Positions 18,453-27,524 of a stretch of 64,000 nucleotides of DNA are shown piece after piece. A model generated the notes under the pieces. It saw only the letters and a program-made list of their open reading frames with translations, ran no database searches and was not told where the DNA came from. The stretch is from contig CBDCFN010000016.1 of assembly GCA_965216315.1 (NCBI GenBank), forward strand, positions 448,001-512,000, in the 5' to 3' direction. Each line of letters begins with the position of its first letter. Positions within the stretch are counted from its first letter, which is position 1. Made by a program: the position numbers and the translations under genes. This stretch comes from a bacterium (GTDB lineage: Bacteria; UBA10199; 2-02-FULL-50-16; JAJFLM01).

Positions 18453-19391
18453 TTAACTTTCTTGCTCTTGGAGCCATCTTTCCGCATCGATCGCCGCCAT
18501 ACATCCTGATCCGGCGGCGGTGATGGCCTGGCGGTAGCGATGGTCCTGGACATCCCCGCAGGCGAAAACGCCGGGGATGTTTGTGCGGGTGTTATCACTG
18601 GTTTTGATATAGCCCGCTTCATCGAGCTCGATTTGGCCTTTAAAGATTTCGGTATTCGGATCATGGCCGATCGCGACAAAAAGCGCCTGGCAGTCGAGCG
18701 TTTGTTCTTCTCCCGTCTTGACGTTTTTGATGCGAATTCCCTCGACCTCTTTGTCGCCAATAACCTCTTCGACGACGGAGTCCCAGACGACGCTGATCTT
18801 GTCATGATTAAGCGCACGGTCCTGCATAATCTTTGAGCCGCGCAGTTGGTCGCGGCGATGGATCAAGCGAACGTCGGTTCCGAACTTGGTGAGAAAGATT
18901 GCCTCTTCGAGCGCCGTATCACCCCCTCCGACGACAACGATGCGTTGATCGCGAAAAAAAGCGCCATCGCAGGTCGCGCAGGTGGAGACGCCTTTGCCGC
19001 GAAGTCGGGTTTCCGACTCAAGGCCCAGCCAACGCGCGCTGGAGCCCGTCGAGAGGATTACCGATTTGGCGCGGTATTCGTCGTTGCCGACTTTAACGAG
19101 AAAAGGCTTCTGGGAAAAATCCACTTCGGTGACATCTTTGCTGATAAAACGCGTGCCGAAACGTTCGGCTTGTTTGCGGAGATCCGCCATCATTTCCGGG
19201 CCCATCACACCTTCGGGATAACCGGGAAAGTTTTCGACGTCGGTCGTGAGCATGAGTTGCCCACCAGATTGATAGCCTTCGATCATTAAAGGATCGAGGT
19301 CCGCACGGGCATTGTAGATAGCCGCGGTCAGTCCTGCCGGGCCGCTGCCAATAATGATGATGTTTTCGACTTTCTGCTCAAGTTCTGTCAT
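18453..19391 (-). CDS. trxB: Thioredoxin reductase
   Basis: 'IIGSGPAGLTAAIY', 'CATCDG', 'GGGDTALEEA', 'YRQAITAAGSGC'. Confidence 0.97.
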   Translation of the reverse strand: MTELEQKVENIIIIGSGPAGLTAAIYNARADLDPLMIEGYQSGGQLMLTTDVENFPGYPEGVMGPEMMADLRKQAERFGTRFISKDVTEVDFSQKPFLVKVGNDEYRAKSVILSTGSSARWLGLESETRLRGKGVSTCATCDGAFFRDQRIVVVGGGDTALEEAIFLTKFGTDVRLIHRRDQLRGSKIMQDRALNHDKISVVWDSVVEEVIGDKEVEGIRIKNVKTGEEQTLDCQALFVAIGHDPNTEIFKGQIELDEAGYIKTSDNTRTNIPGVFACGDVQDHRYRQAITAAGSGCMAAIDAERWLQEQES

Positions 19392-19550
19392 TTCGGTATC
19401 TCCGCAGTTGTTTGATTCTTAGGGCCTCAATAGGTTTCATTTCCTTCATTTGCCGCTGTTAAGGACTCTCTCTCTTAGCGACGTGTCTCTGAGAATGCAA
19501 TGCCTATCCAAAAGTGTAAAAAACTGAATGATTTTAGCTAGATATTTGAC

Positions 19551-19577
19551 GCAACAAAATGAGGGGAGTGCCGAAAC
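19551..19577 (+). promoter_or_regulatory. RCAAC-N16-CGA promoter-like motif, copy 6
   Basis: GCAAC-AAAATGAGGGGAGTGC-CGAAAC, about 10 nt before the ATG at 19587. Confidence 0.65.
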
Positions 19578-19586
19578 CGGCGTTGG

Positions 19587-22500
19587 ATGACTCTTTTTCT
19601 CGCCACCAGCATGCAGCCCATGATGGCACTCGCAGCCGGAGCTCCCGTGACCACCAGTGGGCTGAGCCAGCACCTCAATGGGGCCTTGCGCACCTATGAG
19701 CGGACCCAACGACTCAATGATCTCATCCAAGCTGTCGAGGGCGGTTTGGCTCAGGCGCAAGAACTGACCATCAGGGATCGTTGGACCGCGCCGCAGCTCG
19801 CTCATTTAGCCCATGCCCTTTCCGGGCTGACGCGCCAGCATCAGAGTTTTTTGCTCGCTGATTCACAAGCGTCGGAGCCCCAGATGTCATTGTTGTTTAA
19901 AGAAACGGAAAATGTGATCGAAGCGCTGACCTCTACGGATGACTCACTGATTGTTAGTTCAGATGATCCGGATGATCTGGTTAATTGGTCCCAAGTTGCG
20001 GATGACTATGAACAGTTGCTTGATTCAGGTATTTTTCAGCGAGGTCATTTTCCTCTCCTGCATGGTCTTGGCCAGATGGGACTCTCATTAGGGGCTCGGA
20101 TTGCGCTGAAGTTAGATGGTGCGCAATGGTTTGGCCGTCTTACGGACACTCAACTCGAACATTCAGCCGAAGTTTATTTGTATGGACGTTCGCGGGGTCG
20201 CGATCCGGAGCCGACGAGTTTACTCAATAGTCATCATCGGGTGCCGGAAAAACAATTGCAGGCCGAGCATGGTTGGATCCATCAGGCTGTCAGAGGCATC
20301 GGCCGGAGCGAGCGGCGCGAACAGCAACGCGTCTCTCCATTTCAAGTGACCGGTATTCCATCGAAAGAGTTTGTCAAAGAACTCTATAAGGATGATTACA
20401 GTTTTATGAAGCAGATGCCCGAAGGGGCTATTTTGGTCAGTCCTATCAAGTCTTATATCGCTCCGGACGTTTATTTTAAGATACTCAAAGATTATGCAGC
20501 GGCGCGCAAACAGCGTAATGATGAATCAGAGCCGATTCGCGTCCAAGGGGGCGCGTCGATGGAGGATATCTACGACATGGTTCGGTATATTACGAACCGG
20601 AATGACATCAAGACCGTCCATATTGGTGGTGAATATTTTGCAAAAAATCTTTACATGTATTCAGAAGAGCCGCCACGCCACACAGAACTAGTGTTTGCAT
20701 CGAAAGATATTGAAGCGGCCGAACAGGCGGCACGCTATTTCCGTATTCCGGGACAATTAGAAGTCAGCATCACCGATGACGTTAGTACCGTGATGCTCGG
20801 CGGGGTCATGAAGAATATTGCGGCTTATGCGATGGGCTTTACGGATTTAGAGGAGATGGAACGACTGTATAAGGCCGGCGATGAGACTAACTGTCAGTTG
20901 TATATTGAGACGGGGGACGGAGAAAATGGCTATGTCGATGATCCCCGTAAGTTATCAGGACGTCGTCGCCGTTGGTGGAAGATCCTGGTTGATATTGCTG
21001 AAGGGGTCAAAGGTGAACCGGTCGATCCGCCGCGGGAAGTGTTAAAGGATTTTTGCGGCTGTACTATTTTCAACCGGGATCTGGTTGCGGATCTTTTCCG
21101 TGCCGTTCGCATCAGCTATGATCGGGCGCAGCGCCGTCAGAGCGAGAGTGCTTGGCAGGAATTTCGTGAGGCCGTGCAACAATTTCGAGATCGCGTAGGG
21201 GATTTTGCAAACAGCCGAAATAGACGTGGTGGGCTCCTTCACGCCATGGCGATTTTTGTCAAAGAAGAACTCAAGCGGCCGGAAGAAGCAGCGCTCTTGT
21301 TCTGGGAAAAGACGGTCGAAGGCTATCAGGCCATGCGCGGCTTGCGGGCGACTTTGAGTGATATAGATCCGTTTCTAGCGTCGAGACTGGATATCGGGTT
21401 TAAGCGTTTCTACACAGAGCACGGTGTGCCGCTTCATCCTGAATTAGATCCGCTTGAACCCAAAGCGATTCGCGATGCCGTGATGCAGGGCATAGAGAAT
21501 ACGAATTTTGTTTCGAGTCAGCCGATGTTGGTATCAGCGCGACGGGTCAAAGAGATTTTACAAATACCTTGGTTGACACGAACGGCCTATAATTTTCTCA
21601 AGAACAAGATCAGGGATCTGCAAGATCACATTGCGACTCCCGATCGAGAGCGTGGTCGTGTCGAGCGTGATTTTCGTTTGTTTGATCGGGCGTTGCAATT
21701 ATTCGATGCAGGTATGCTGGTTCGGGCGGGAGATCATATCGCAACAGAACCTGTGCACCCTTATCGGCACATTACGCGTTTTGAAGGTCGCGTGGATCAG
21801 GGGAAAGGTGACGGGATTCACCACTATCATATCGGAATTGAAGGTGATCAGGGGCTTGATCGTGTGCGTGATGTCTCTCTGCTTTTGTCACATCACCAAG
21901 CTCGTTCGGAGCCAACTGAAATTCATATTGAGATCGAAATTTTTGATGCGACGCGCGAGATGCCGCGCGTCTTATGGGCGATGCAAAACGTGGCCAACCG
22001 ATTCCGGGGAAATCAGGATGCGCCGATTAATGTTGATTTTGTCTTCCATACACCAACGGGAAGTCCGCGTTTGAAGGTAACTTCTGAGTTGGCGCAAGAG
22101 ACTCCGGATCATTGGCAGTTTCGTTATGAGCGTGGCATGGATTATCTCATTAGTGCGACCGGTCTCAACTACGATGAATTGACGAGCCATTTCAAACATC
22201 ACGTTAAGATGATTAATTCGATCGTTGGTAAGGATAGCTGGGTTGGTTTAGGCGCGACCAACGTGGGTCAGTATTCAACCGCCTTCAGGGATGCTTTGCA
22301 GGTAGCCGGTGAAAAGGCTTTCTTTGGAGTTTATAGTGATCCCGAACAGGAATACCCTGATGAAGTGGTCGTGGCCCATTTTGATTCCGATGGGGACCTG
22401 CGTTTATATGATAGCCGCATCCAAGAGCTCATGGCGCGTGATTCGGAACGACCTCAAGCCAATGGCAATCAAGAGGAGCGCGATTGGGACGCTTATTTCC

Positions 22501-22787
22501 GCGGACTTCCGGTCGAGCAATATAAAGAGGCCTATGAACGGTTGACGGGTAAGTCATATGGTGAGCTGCTTCCGCTCAATATTTATTTTCCATTGGAAGA
22601 GGTCCTGGTTGGCAATCGCGATGCACGACTTTCACCTCCACGGCTTTTTGTATTTCTGCAAAATTTGAAGGGCGCAAAAGCGAGAGAATTTGCGGAGTGG
22701 ATGGAGCCGCGGCATTTTAGAGAGCCCAATGATCAACTCTATTTGGATATTCGAGATAAAGTTTTAAGTATGCTCCGTTCCATGTAA
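19587..22787 (+). CDS. 1066-aa protein with internal divergent GpsA-like (NAD(P)-dependent glycerol-3-phosphate dehydrogenase) domain
   Basis: In GpsA order: 'HGLGQMGLSLG' (GxGxxG), 'VYLYGR', 'HIGGEYFAK', 'TDDVSTVMLGGVMKNIAAYAMG', 'SRNRRGG', 'KTVEGY'. Confidence 0.7.
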   Translation: MTLFLATSMQPMMALAAGAPVTTSGLSQHLNGALRTYERTQRLNDLIQAVEGGLAQAQELTIRDRWTAPQLAHLAHALSGLTRQHQSFLLADSQASEPQMSLLFKETENVIEALTSTDDSLIVSSDDPDDLVNWSQVADDYEQLLDSGIFQRGHFPLLHGLGQMGLSLGARIALKLDGAQWFGRLTDTQLEHSAEVYLYGRSRGRDPEPTSLLNSHHRVPEKQLQAEHGWIHQAVRGIGRSERREQQRVSPFQVTGIPSKEFVKELYKDDYSFMKQMPEGAILVSPIKSYIAPDVYFKILKDYAAARKQRNDESEPIRVQGGASMEDIYDMVRYITNRNDIKTVHIGGEYFAKNLYMYSEEPPRHTELVFASKDIEAAEQAARYFRIPGQLEVSITDDVSTVMLGGVMKNIAAYAMGFTDLEEMERLYKAGDETNCQLYIETGDGENGYVDDPRKLSGRRRRWWKILVDIAEGVKGEPVDPPREVLKDFCGCTIFNRDLVADLFRAVRISYDRAQRRQSESAWQEFREAVQQFRDRVGDFANSRNRRGGLLHAMAIFVKEELKRPEEAALLFWEKTVEGYQAMRGLRATLSDIDPFLASRLDIGFKRFYTEHGVPLHPELDPLEPKAIRDAVMQGIENTNFVSSQPMLVSARRVKEILQIPWLTRTAYNFLKNKIRDLQDHIATPDRERGRVERDFRLFDRALQLFDAGMLVRAGDHIATEPVHPYRHITRFEGRVDQGKGDGIHHYHIGIEGDQGLDRVRDVSLLLSHHQARSEPTEIHIEIEIFDATREMPRVLWAMQNVANRFRGNQDAPINVDFVFHTPTGSPRLKVTSELAQETPDHWQFRYERGMDYLISATGLNYDELTSHFKHHVKMINSIVGKDSWVGLGATNVGQYSTAFRDALQVAGEKAFFGVYSDPEQEYPDEVVVAHFDSDGDLRLYDSRIQELMARDSERPQANGNQEERDWDAYFRGLPVEQYKEAYERLTGKSYGELLPLNIYFPLEEVLVGNRDARLSPPRLFVFLQNLKGAKAREFAEWMEPRHFREPNDQLYLDIRDKVLSMLRSM

Positions 22788-22833
22788 TCTTAGGGCTTGA
22801 ACATCCCCCCTTGTATGCTTATGCACATTAGTT

Positions 22834-23850
22834 GTGAGGTTTAAGTGGCTGACGCTTCTGTTGTGTCTTGTTTGCTGTGGGTTCGGCTACGAAACTCATG
22901 CGCAGGAACACGCGTCGCATGGTCCTATTTCGATGCGGAGTCAAAACCCCCTCTATCTCCTGTTCTTAACGCCCCGGCCGGAACGGGCGCGTCTCTTGAA
23001 ACACGGTGAATTGCGCCTGTCGGCGCGAGGCCCTTATTCGAATATATTTGAACAGGGTTCCAATGCCATTTCCAGCGTTGATCTTGACTTGGATATGGAG
23101 CTGTTTCGTCCGAGCTTTTTGCTGGAGTGGGGTTTTTTACCCGGTTGGGAGTTTGGGATTGAGCTGCCGTTTATCCATTTTTATGGCGGGTTTTTGGATG
23201 CTTTTGTGCAGGACTTTCATCGCACCTTCGGAGTGCCGAATGGCGGGCGGGATCTGGTTCCCAATGGACGCTTCTCCTATCGAGTGAGTCAGGGTGGCCA
23301 GGACCTCTACTCTACAGGGAGTCAGGTCATTCAACCTTCGGCTCTAATCTTTCACGTGAAGCGGCATTTCTTGGAGGAGGGCGCTAGGCGTCCATCACTG
23401 ACGGGGACACTCTATCTAAAGGTACCAACCGGCAATTCCGGTAAAGGCCTCGGGAGTGGGGCGCCCGATATCGGTGTTAACGTGGCGGCCGAGAAGAGTT
23501 ATAAGCGCATTCATACCTATGCCAATCTCGGTTGGTCTTTGCTCGGAGCCGCCGATTTAGGCTTAGATCCTTTTTTGAATGCCGTGCTTTGGACGTGGAT
23601 GGTTGGGTTTGAGGTGACGGCCTGGTCCCATCATTTGGGTGTTATTGCCCAACTGCAGGGTGACGGTTCGCTGTTTGATGGCACTGGTATTCAGGCGATG
23701 GATCAGGGTAATCTGATGCTGACGATCGGTTTCGCGGGGCAAGAGGGCCCGTGGGGGTGGAAGGCGGCCTTTGCCGAGGATCCGAGCGGTCAGGGGCCCA
23801 CCGTGGATTTTTCCGTCTACTTTGAGGTCAACTATACCTGGGATTTGTAG
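22834..23850 (+). CDS. Outer-membrane beta-barrel-like protein (DUF3187-like)
   Basis: Signal peptide; 'GPISMRSQNP', 'GGFLDAFVQDFHRTFG', 'LKVPTG...GLGSG..D', amphipathic aromatic C-terminal strand. Confidence 0.7.
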   Translation: MRFKWLTLLLCLVCCGFGYETHAQEHASHGPISMRSQNPLYLLFLTPRPERARLLKHGELRLSARGPYSNIFEQGSNAISSVDLDLDMELFRPSFLLEWGFLPGWEFGIELPFIHFYGGFLDAFVQDFHRTFGVPNGGRDLVPNGRFSYRVSQGGQDLYSTGSQVIQPSALIFHVKRHFLEEGARRPSLTGTLYLKVPTGNSGKGLGSGAPDIGVNVAAEKSYKRIHTYANLGWSLLGAADLGLDPFLNAVLWTWMVGFEVTAWSHHLGVIAQLQGDGSLFDGTGIQAMDQGNLMLTIGFAGQEGPWGWKAAFAEDPSGQGPTVDFSVYFEVNYTWDL

Positions 23851-23870
23851 GGGCGCCGCTTGCTGCGCCC
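23847..23870 (+). repeat. GTAG-type REP-like hairpin
   Basis: GTAG followed by GGGCGC-N8-GCGCCC; the TAG is the stop codon of the preceding gene. Confidence 0.45.
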
Positions 23871-23874
23871 AACA

Positions 23875-24297
23875 TCAGAACGGGATATCATCGCCGCCGC
23901 CAGAACCTGCATCAAATGCCGGGGGTTCCGATGGCGGCATGTGATCCGGCGCCGCACTGCCGGCCCCGCGTCCACCGCTCAAAAATTGAACGTTCTGTGC
24001 GATGACCTCGGTCGTGTAGCGCTTGCCACCGTTCTGGTCTTCCCACTGCCGGGTCTGCAAACGCCCTTCAATAAAGACTTGGCGGCCCTTACTCAGGAAC
24101 TCTTTGCAGTTTTCGGCCTGCCGGCCCCAGACAACAATGCGGTGCCATTCCGTTTCTTCTTGGGCCTGCCCGTCCTTGCTGGTCCAGCGGCGGCTGGTCG
24201 CAATGTTGAAATTGCAGACGGACTGTCCACTTGTAGTCGTTCGGATCTCCGGATCCGATCCAAGGTTTCCGATGAGGAGTACTTTATTTAAGCTCAT
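23875..24297 (-). CDS. ssb: Single-stranded DNA-binding protein
   Basis: '[14 protein letters not shown]', '[10 protein letters not shown]', C-terminal 'DDIPF'. Confidence 0.97.
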   Translation of the reverse strand: MSLNKVLLIGNLGSDPEIRTTTSGQSVCNFNIATSRRWTSKDGQAQEETEWHRIVVWGRQAENCKEFLSKGRQVFIEGRLQTRQWEDQNGGKRYTTEVIAQNVQFLSGGRGAGSAAPDHMPPSEPPAFDAGSGGGDDIPF

Positions 24298-24509
24298 GGT
24301 TGAGGGACTAAAGCGAAAGCGGGCCCGGAGTCAACGGTATTTTATTTATACGAATTCTTGACTTTTTTCGCACAATTGCATAATTTCGCGCGTAATTTCT
24401 CGGAAATATTGAGGAATGCAGCATTTCGGAACTTAGGGACCGGCCATTTTGGCCATAAATTTTGCAGTAATTAAACGAAACACTTTACCTTTTCTAAGGA
24501 GGCGGGAGC

Positions 24510-24950
24510 ATGAAGAGACAGTGGCTTCAACTCAGTTTGGTTATCGGATTAGCCTTTGTGACGCTTGTGGCGGTTGGTTGTCAGCAACAGCCGCGTCCAC
24601 GTCGCGCTAAGCCGGTGGCCTCATTACAAAGAATTCATTTCGACTATGATCGTTCAGCGATCAAATCAGAGTACCAGTCAGTTCTTCAAGGGAATGCGTC
24701 TTGGATGAGATCTCATTCGAGTTCACGTGTGATTATTGAAGGGCATTGCGATGAACGCGGCAGCACCGAGTACAATATTGCTCTGGGTTGGCGTCGTGCT
24801 CGTTCGACTAAGAACTATCTTGTATCTCTTGGAATCAGTCCCTCGCGTTTGATCACTAAGAGTTACGGCGAAGAGAGACCTCTCTGCATGCAGAGCAACG
24901 AGAGCTGCTGGTGGAAGAACCGGCGTGCCGAGTTCCTGCAGGCGAGATAA
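24510..24950 (+). CDS. pal: Peptidoglycan-associated lipoprotein (OmpA-like domain)
   Basis: VAVG-C lipobox; 'IHFDYD', 'IEGHCDERGSTEYNIALG', 'SYGEERP', 'NRRAEF'; directly upstream of cpoB. Confidence 0.9.
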   Translation: MKRQWLQLSLVIGLAFVTLVAVGCQQQPRPRRAKPVASLQRIHFDYDRSAIKSEYQSVLQGNASWMRSHSSSRVIIEGHCDERGSTEYNIALGWRRARSTKNYLVSLGISPSRLITKSYGEERPLCMQSNESCWWKNRRAEFLQAR

Positions 24951-24991
24951 TCAGTTTAGTCTCTTTCGCTTCGTCGATCCGAAATTCTGTT

Positions 24992-25038
24992 AAAGGCCAC
25001 AGGGTCGGTCTGAAAAGGCCGGGCCCTGTGGCCTTTTT
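24992..25038 (+). terminator. Intrinsic terminator after pal
   Basis: AAAGGCCACAGGG...CCCTGTGGCCTTTTT. Confidence 0.75.
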
Positions 25039-25094
25039 GTATACCTGATAATTTAGTTGGCATATCTGCCGTCAATTGATAGGTGATTGCGGCG

Positions 25095-25886
25095 ATGAAA
25101 CGATTCCTTCCATTGTTGACGGCTTGCCTCGTGATGGCCGTTGTGACCGTCGCTACACCTCAACCCCTTGAGGCTGCTTCACCTGAGAGGCGAATTAAAG
25201 CGCTTGAAGCCCAGTTTAAAGATTTTGTTGAGTCGGGTAAGCATAATAAGCAGCGCCTTGCTGAGGCCTTGGCAGTCTTCGATCAAGTCAAAGAAGACAT
25301 TGCGGCGATGCGTGGCGAAATCCAAAAAATCCGTCATGAAGTGAATGCCGATGCAACGGCACGGGGCAGCCAGATTAGTAAGATGGAGCATCAGCTGGGG
25401 CGTATGGAAGAGCGTTTGGAGGACATGAACCAAGCGGTTAAAGACGTCGCCGAGTTTAAGGGGAAGGGCTCAGAGTCAAAACGGCAGGTAGCGGAAAGGC
25501 TGCTTTATGAAGAGGCCTTTAGCGAGTTGACCCAAAAAAATTATAAAACCGCTGGGCGGTTATTCCAAAATTTCCTTAAAAAATACCCTAAAAGCAAATT
25601 AGCGGATAATGCGCAGTACTGGAAGGGTGAATGTCTTTTTGCTCAGGGCGATTATGAGAAAGCGGTCCTTGAATTTCAAAAAGTCATCAAACGCTATCCA
25701 AAGGGAAACAAGGCGGCTGCTGCGATGCTGAAGCAGGGCTACTCTTTTGTCGAGTTGAAGGCCTATGCCGACGGCAAGGCCTTTCTTGAGCTTGTAATCG
25801 CTAAATATCCAAAGTCAAAAGAGGCGCTGCGCGCCAAAGAAAAGCTCGTTGAAGTCAATAAACTGATCAAGAAATCGTCTACTTAA
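25095..25886 (+). CDS. cpoB: Tol-Pal system protein CpoB/YbgF
   Basis: Signal peptide, coiled coil, TPR motifs 'LADNAQYWKGE' and 'YPKGNKAAAAMLKQG'. Confidence 0.88.
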   Translation: MKRFLPLLTACLVMAVVTVATPQPLEAASPERRIKALEAQFKDFVESGKHNKQRLAEALAVFDQVKEDIAAMRGEIQKIRHEVNADATARGSQISKMEHQLGRMEERLEDMNQAVKDVAEFKGKGSESKRQVAERLLYEEAFSELTQKNYKTAGRLFQNFLKKYPKSKLADNAQYWKGECLFAQGDYEKAVLEFQKVIKRYPKGNKAAAAMLKQGYSFVELKAYADGKAFLELVIAKYPKSKEALRAKEKLVEVNKLIKKSST

Positions 25887-25892
25887 AATAAA

Positions 25893-26825
25893 ATGATCCA
25901 GGCAGAGGGACTCACGAAATACTACGGAGACTTTCGAGCCGTTCAAGATGTTACTTTTTCCATTAATGCGGGTGAGATCGTTGGACTTCTGGGGCCCAAT
26001 GGTGCCGGTAAGACGACGACCTTGCGGCTTCTGACCGGGTATATGGCGCCGACTGCCGGCCAGGTGCACATTGGTGGTTATGATGTCTTTGAGCAGGCGC
26101 TACAAGCCAAGCAGCTGATTGGCTATTTGCCCGAACATCCCCCTATTTATCCTGAACTGACGGTTAGAGAATATGTTCAATTCGCCGCTGAGTTGCATGG
26201 AGTGGCCCGCTCGGAGCGAAGTGAGCGAATTGACGAGGCGCTCGAGCGAACCTCGCTGGTGGATGTGCAGGCGCGTCTTATCGGGAATCTCTCGCGGGGA
26301 TTTCAACAGCGGACGGGCCTGGCCCAAGTGCTCGTTAAAAATCCAAAGGTTTTGATTTTAGATGAGCCGACAGTCGGTCTTGATCCAAAACAAATTGCAG
26401 ATATACGTTCGCTGATCACAGGGCTGGCAGGTGACTATACGGTGATTCTTTCCAGTCACATTCTGCAAGAGGTGAGCGCCAGTTGTGATAGGGTGATTAT
26501 TATTAATAAAGGACAAGTCGTTGCGCAGGGATCGCAGCAGGATCTCTTGCAACGGCAGCAAAAACAAAAGCTTTATCAACTCAAGCTAAAGGGTCCACGG
26601 CCGGAAGAGGCTCAAAAAATACTGTCGTCATTAGTGAGCGTCGACCAAGTGCAATTAGGGAAGTCTTCGGATCTAACCGAATTACAAATTGTATCGCATG
26701 CAAATGGTCAATTTCAGGAAGAATTATTTCACGTATTGTCTGAGAAAAAGTGGATTCCTTATGAACTAGCACCGGTGCGCTCGAACCTTGAAGATCTTTT
26801 CCTGCGATTGACCGAGGATGAATAA
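25893..26825 (+). CDS. ABC transporter ATP-binding protein (GldA-like)
   Basis: Walker A 'GPNGAGKTT', signature-like 'LSRGFQQR', 'LDEPTVGLDPKQ'. Confidence 0.92.
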   Translation: MIQAEGLTKYYGDFRAVQDVTFSINAGEIVGLLGPNGAGKTTTLRLLTGYMAPTAGQVHIGGYDVFEQALQAKQLIGYLPEHPPIYPELTVREYVQFAAELHGVARSERSERIDEALERTSLVDVQARLIGNLSRGFQQRTGLAQVLVKNPKVLILDEPTVGLDPKQIADIRSLITGLAGDYTVILSSHILQEVSASCDRVIIINKGQVVAQGSQQDLLQRQQKQKLYQLKLKGPRPEEAQKILSSLVSVDQVQLGKSSDLTELQIVSHANGQFQEELFHVLSEKKWIPYELAPVRSNLEDLFLRLTEDE

Positions 26826-26828
26826 AGA

Positions 26829-27524
26829 ATGCTTGCTTTAATGAAAAAAGATCTACGTATTTATTTTGCATCTCCATTAGCATACCTAACGCTTGCGCTT
26901 TTTCTCTTTTTAACGGGTTTTGCATTTAGCTCGCAGCTGGTGCAGATGACTCCCGGACAACTTCCGGAAGCATCTATGCGTGGCATGATCTATTTTATCG
27001 CCGTTATTCTCTTGTTTATGGTTCCTTTATTTACAATGCGGACTTTTTCTGAAGAGTCGCGTTTGCAAACAATGGAATTACTCAGAACGGCGCCGATTTC
27101 TGATGTCCAGATTGTCCTCGCAAAATTTATGGGCGCATTTGTTTTTATGTCAGTGCTTCTTTTGAGCACCGTTATATTTCCGCTGATCATGTATTGGAAA
27201 GCGCAGCCGGATACAGGCCCTATGTTGACATCCTATCTCGGGATTTGGTTGGCAGGTGGGGCCTTTGTTTCGCTGGGTGTTTTCATCTCGAGCCTGATGC
27301 GTTCTCCTATGCTGGCCGCCCTGCTAAGCTTTGTTGCTCTCCTTATGTTGTGGTTTGTTGGAGGGCTTGAGCAGAGTTGGGCGGCGCATATTTCCATTAT
27401 TCGGCATCTCGAGAGCTTTTCTATTGGCGTCTTATCAATGAAAGATTTATCTTATTACGTATTATTTATTGGGACCTTCTTGTTTTTAACCGTTCGCTGG
27501 CTTGAGGCATCACGATGGAGGTGA
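26829..27524 (+). CDS. ABC-2 permease (GldF-like)
   Basis: 'KDLRIYFASPLAY', 'PLFTMRTFSEE....TMELLRTAP', about 6 TM segments. Confidence 0.88.
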   Translation: MLALMKKDLRIYFASPLAYLTLALFLFLTGFAFSSQLVQMTPGQLPEASMRGMIYFIAVILLFMVPLFTMRTFSEESRLQTMELLRTAPISDVQIVLAKFMGAFVFMSVLLLSTVIFPLIMYWKAQPDTGPMLTSYLGIWLAGGAFVSLGVFISSLMRSPMLAALLSFVALLMLWFVGGLEQSWAAHISIIRHLESFSIGVLSMKDLSYYVLFIGTFLFLTVRWLEASRWR

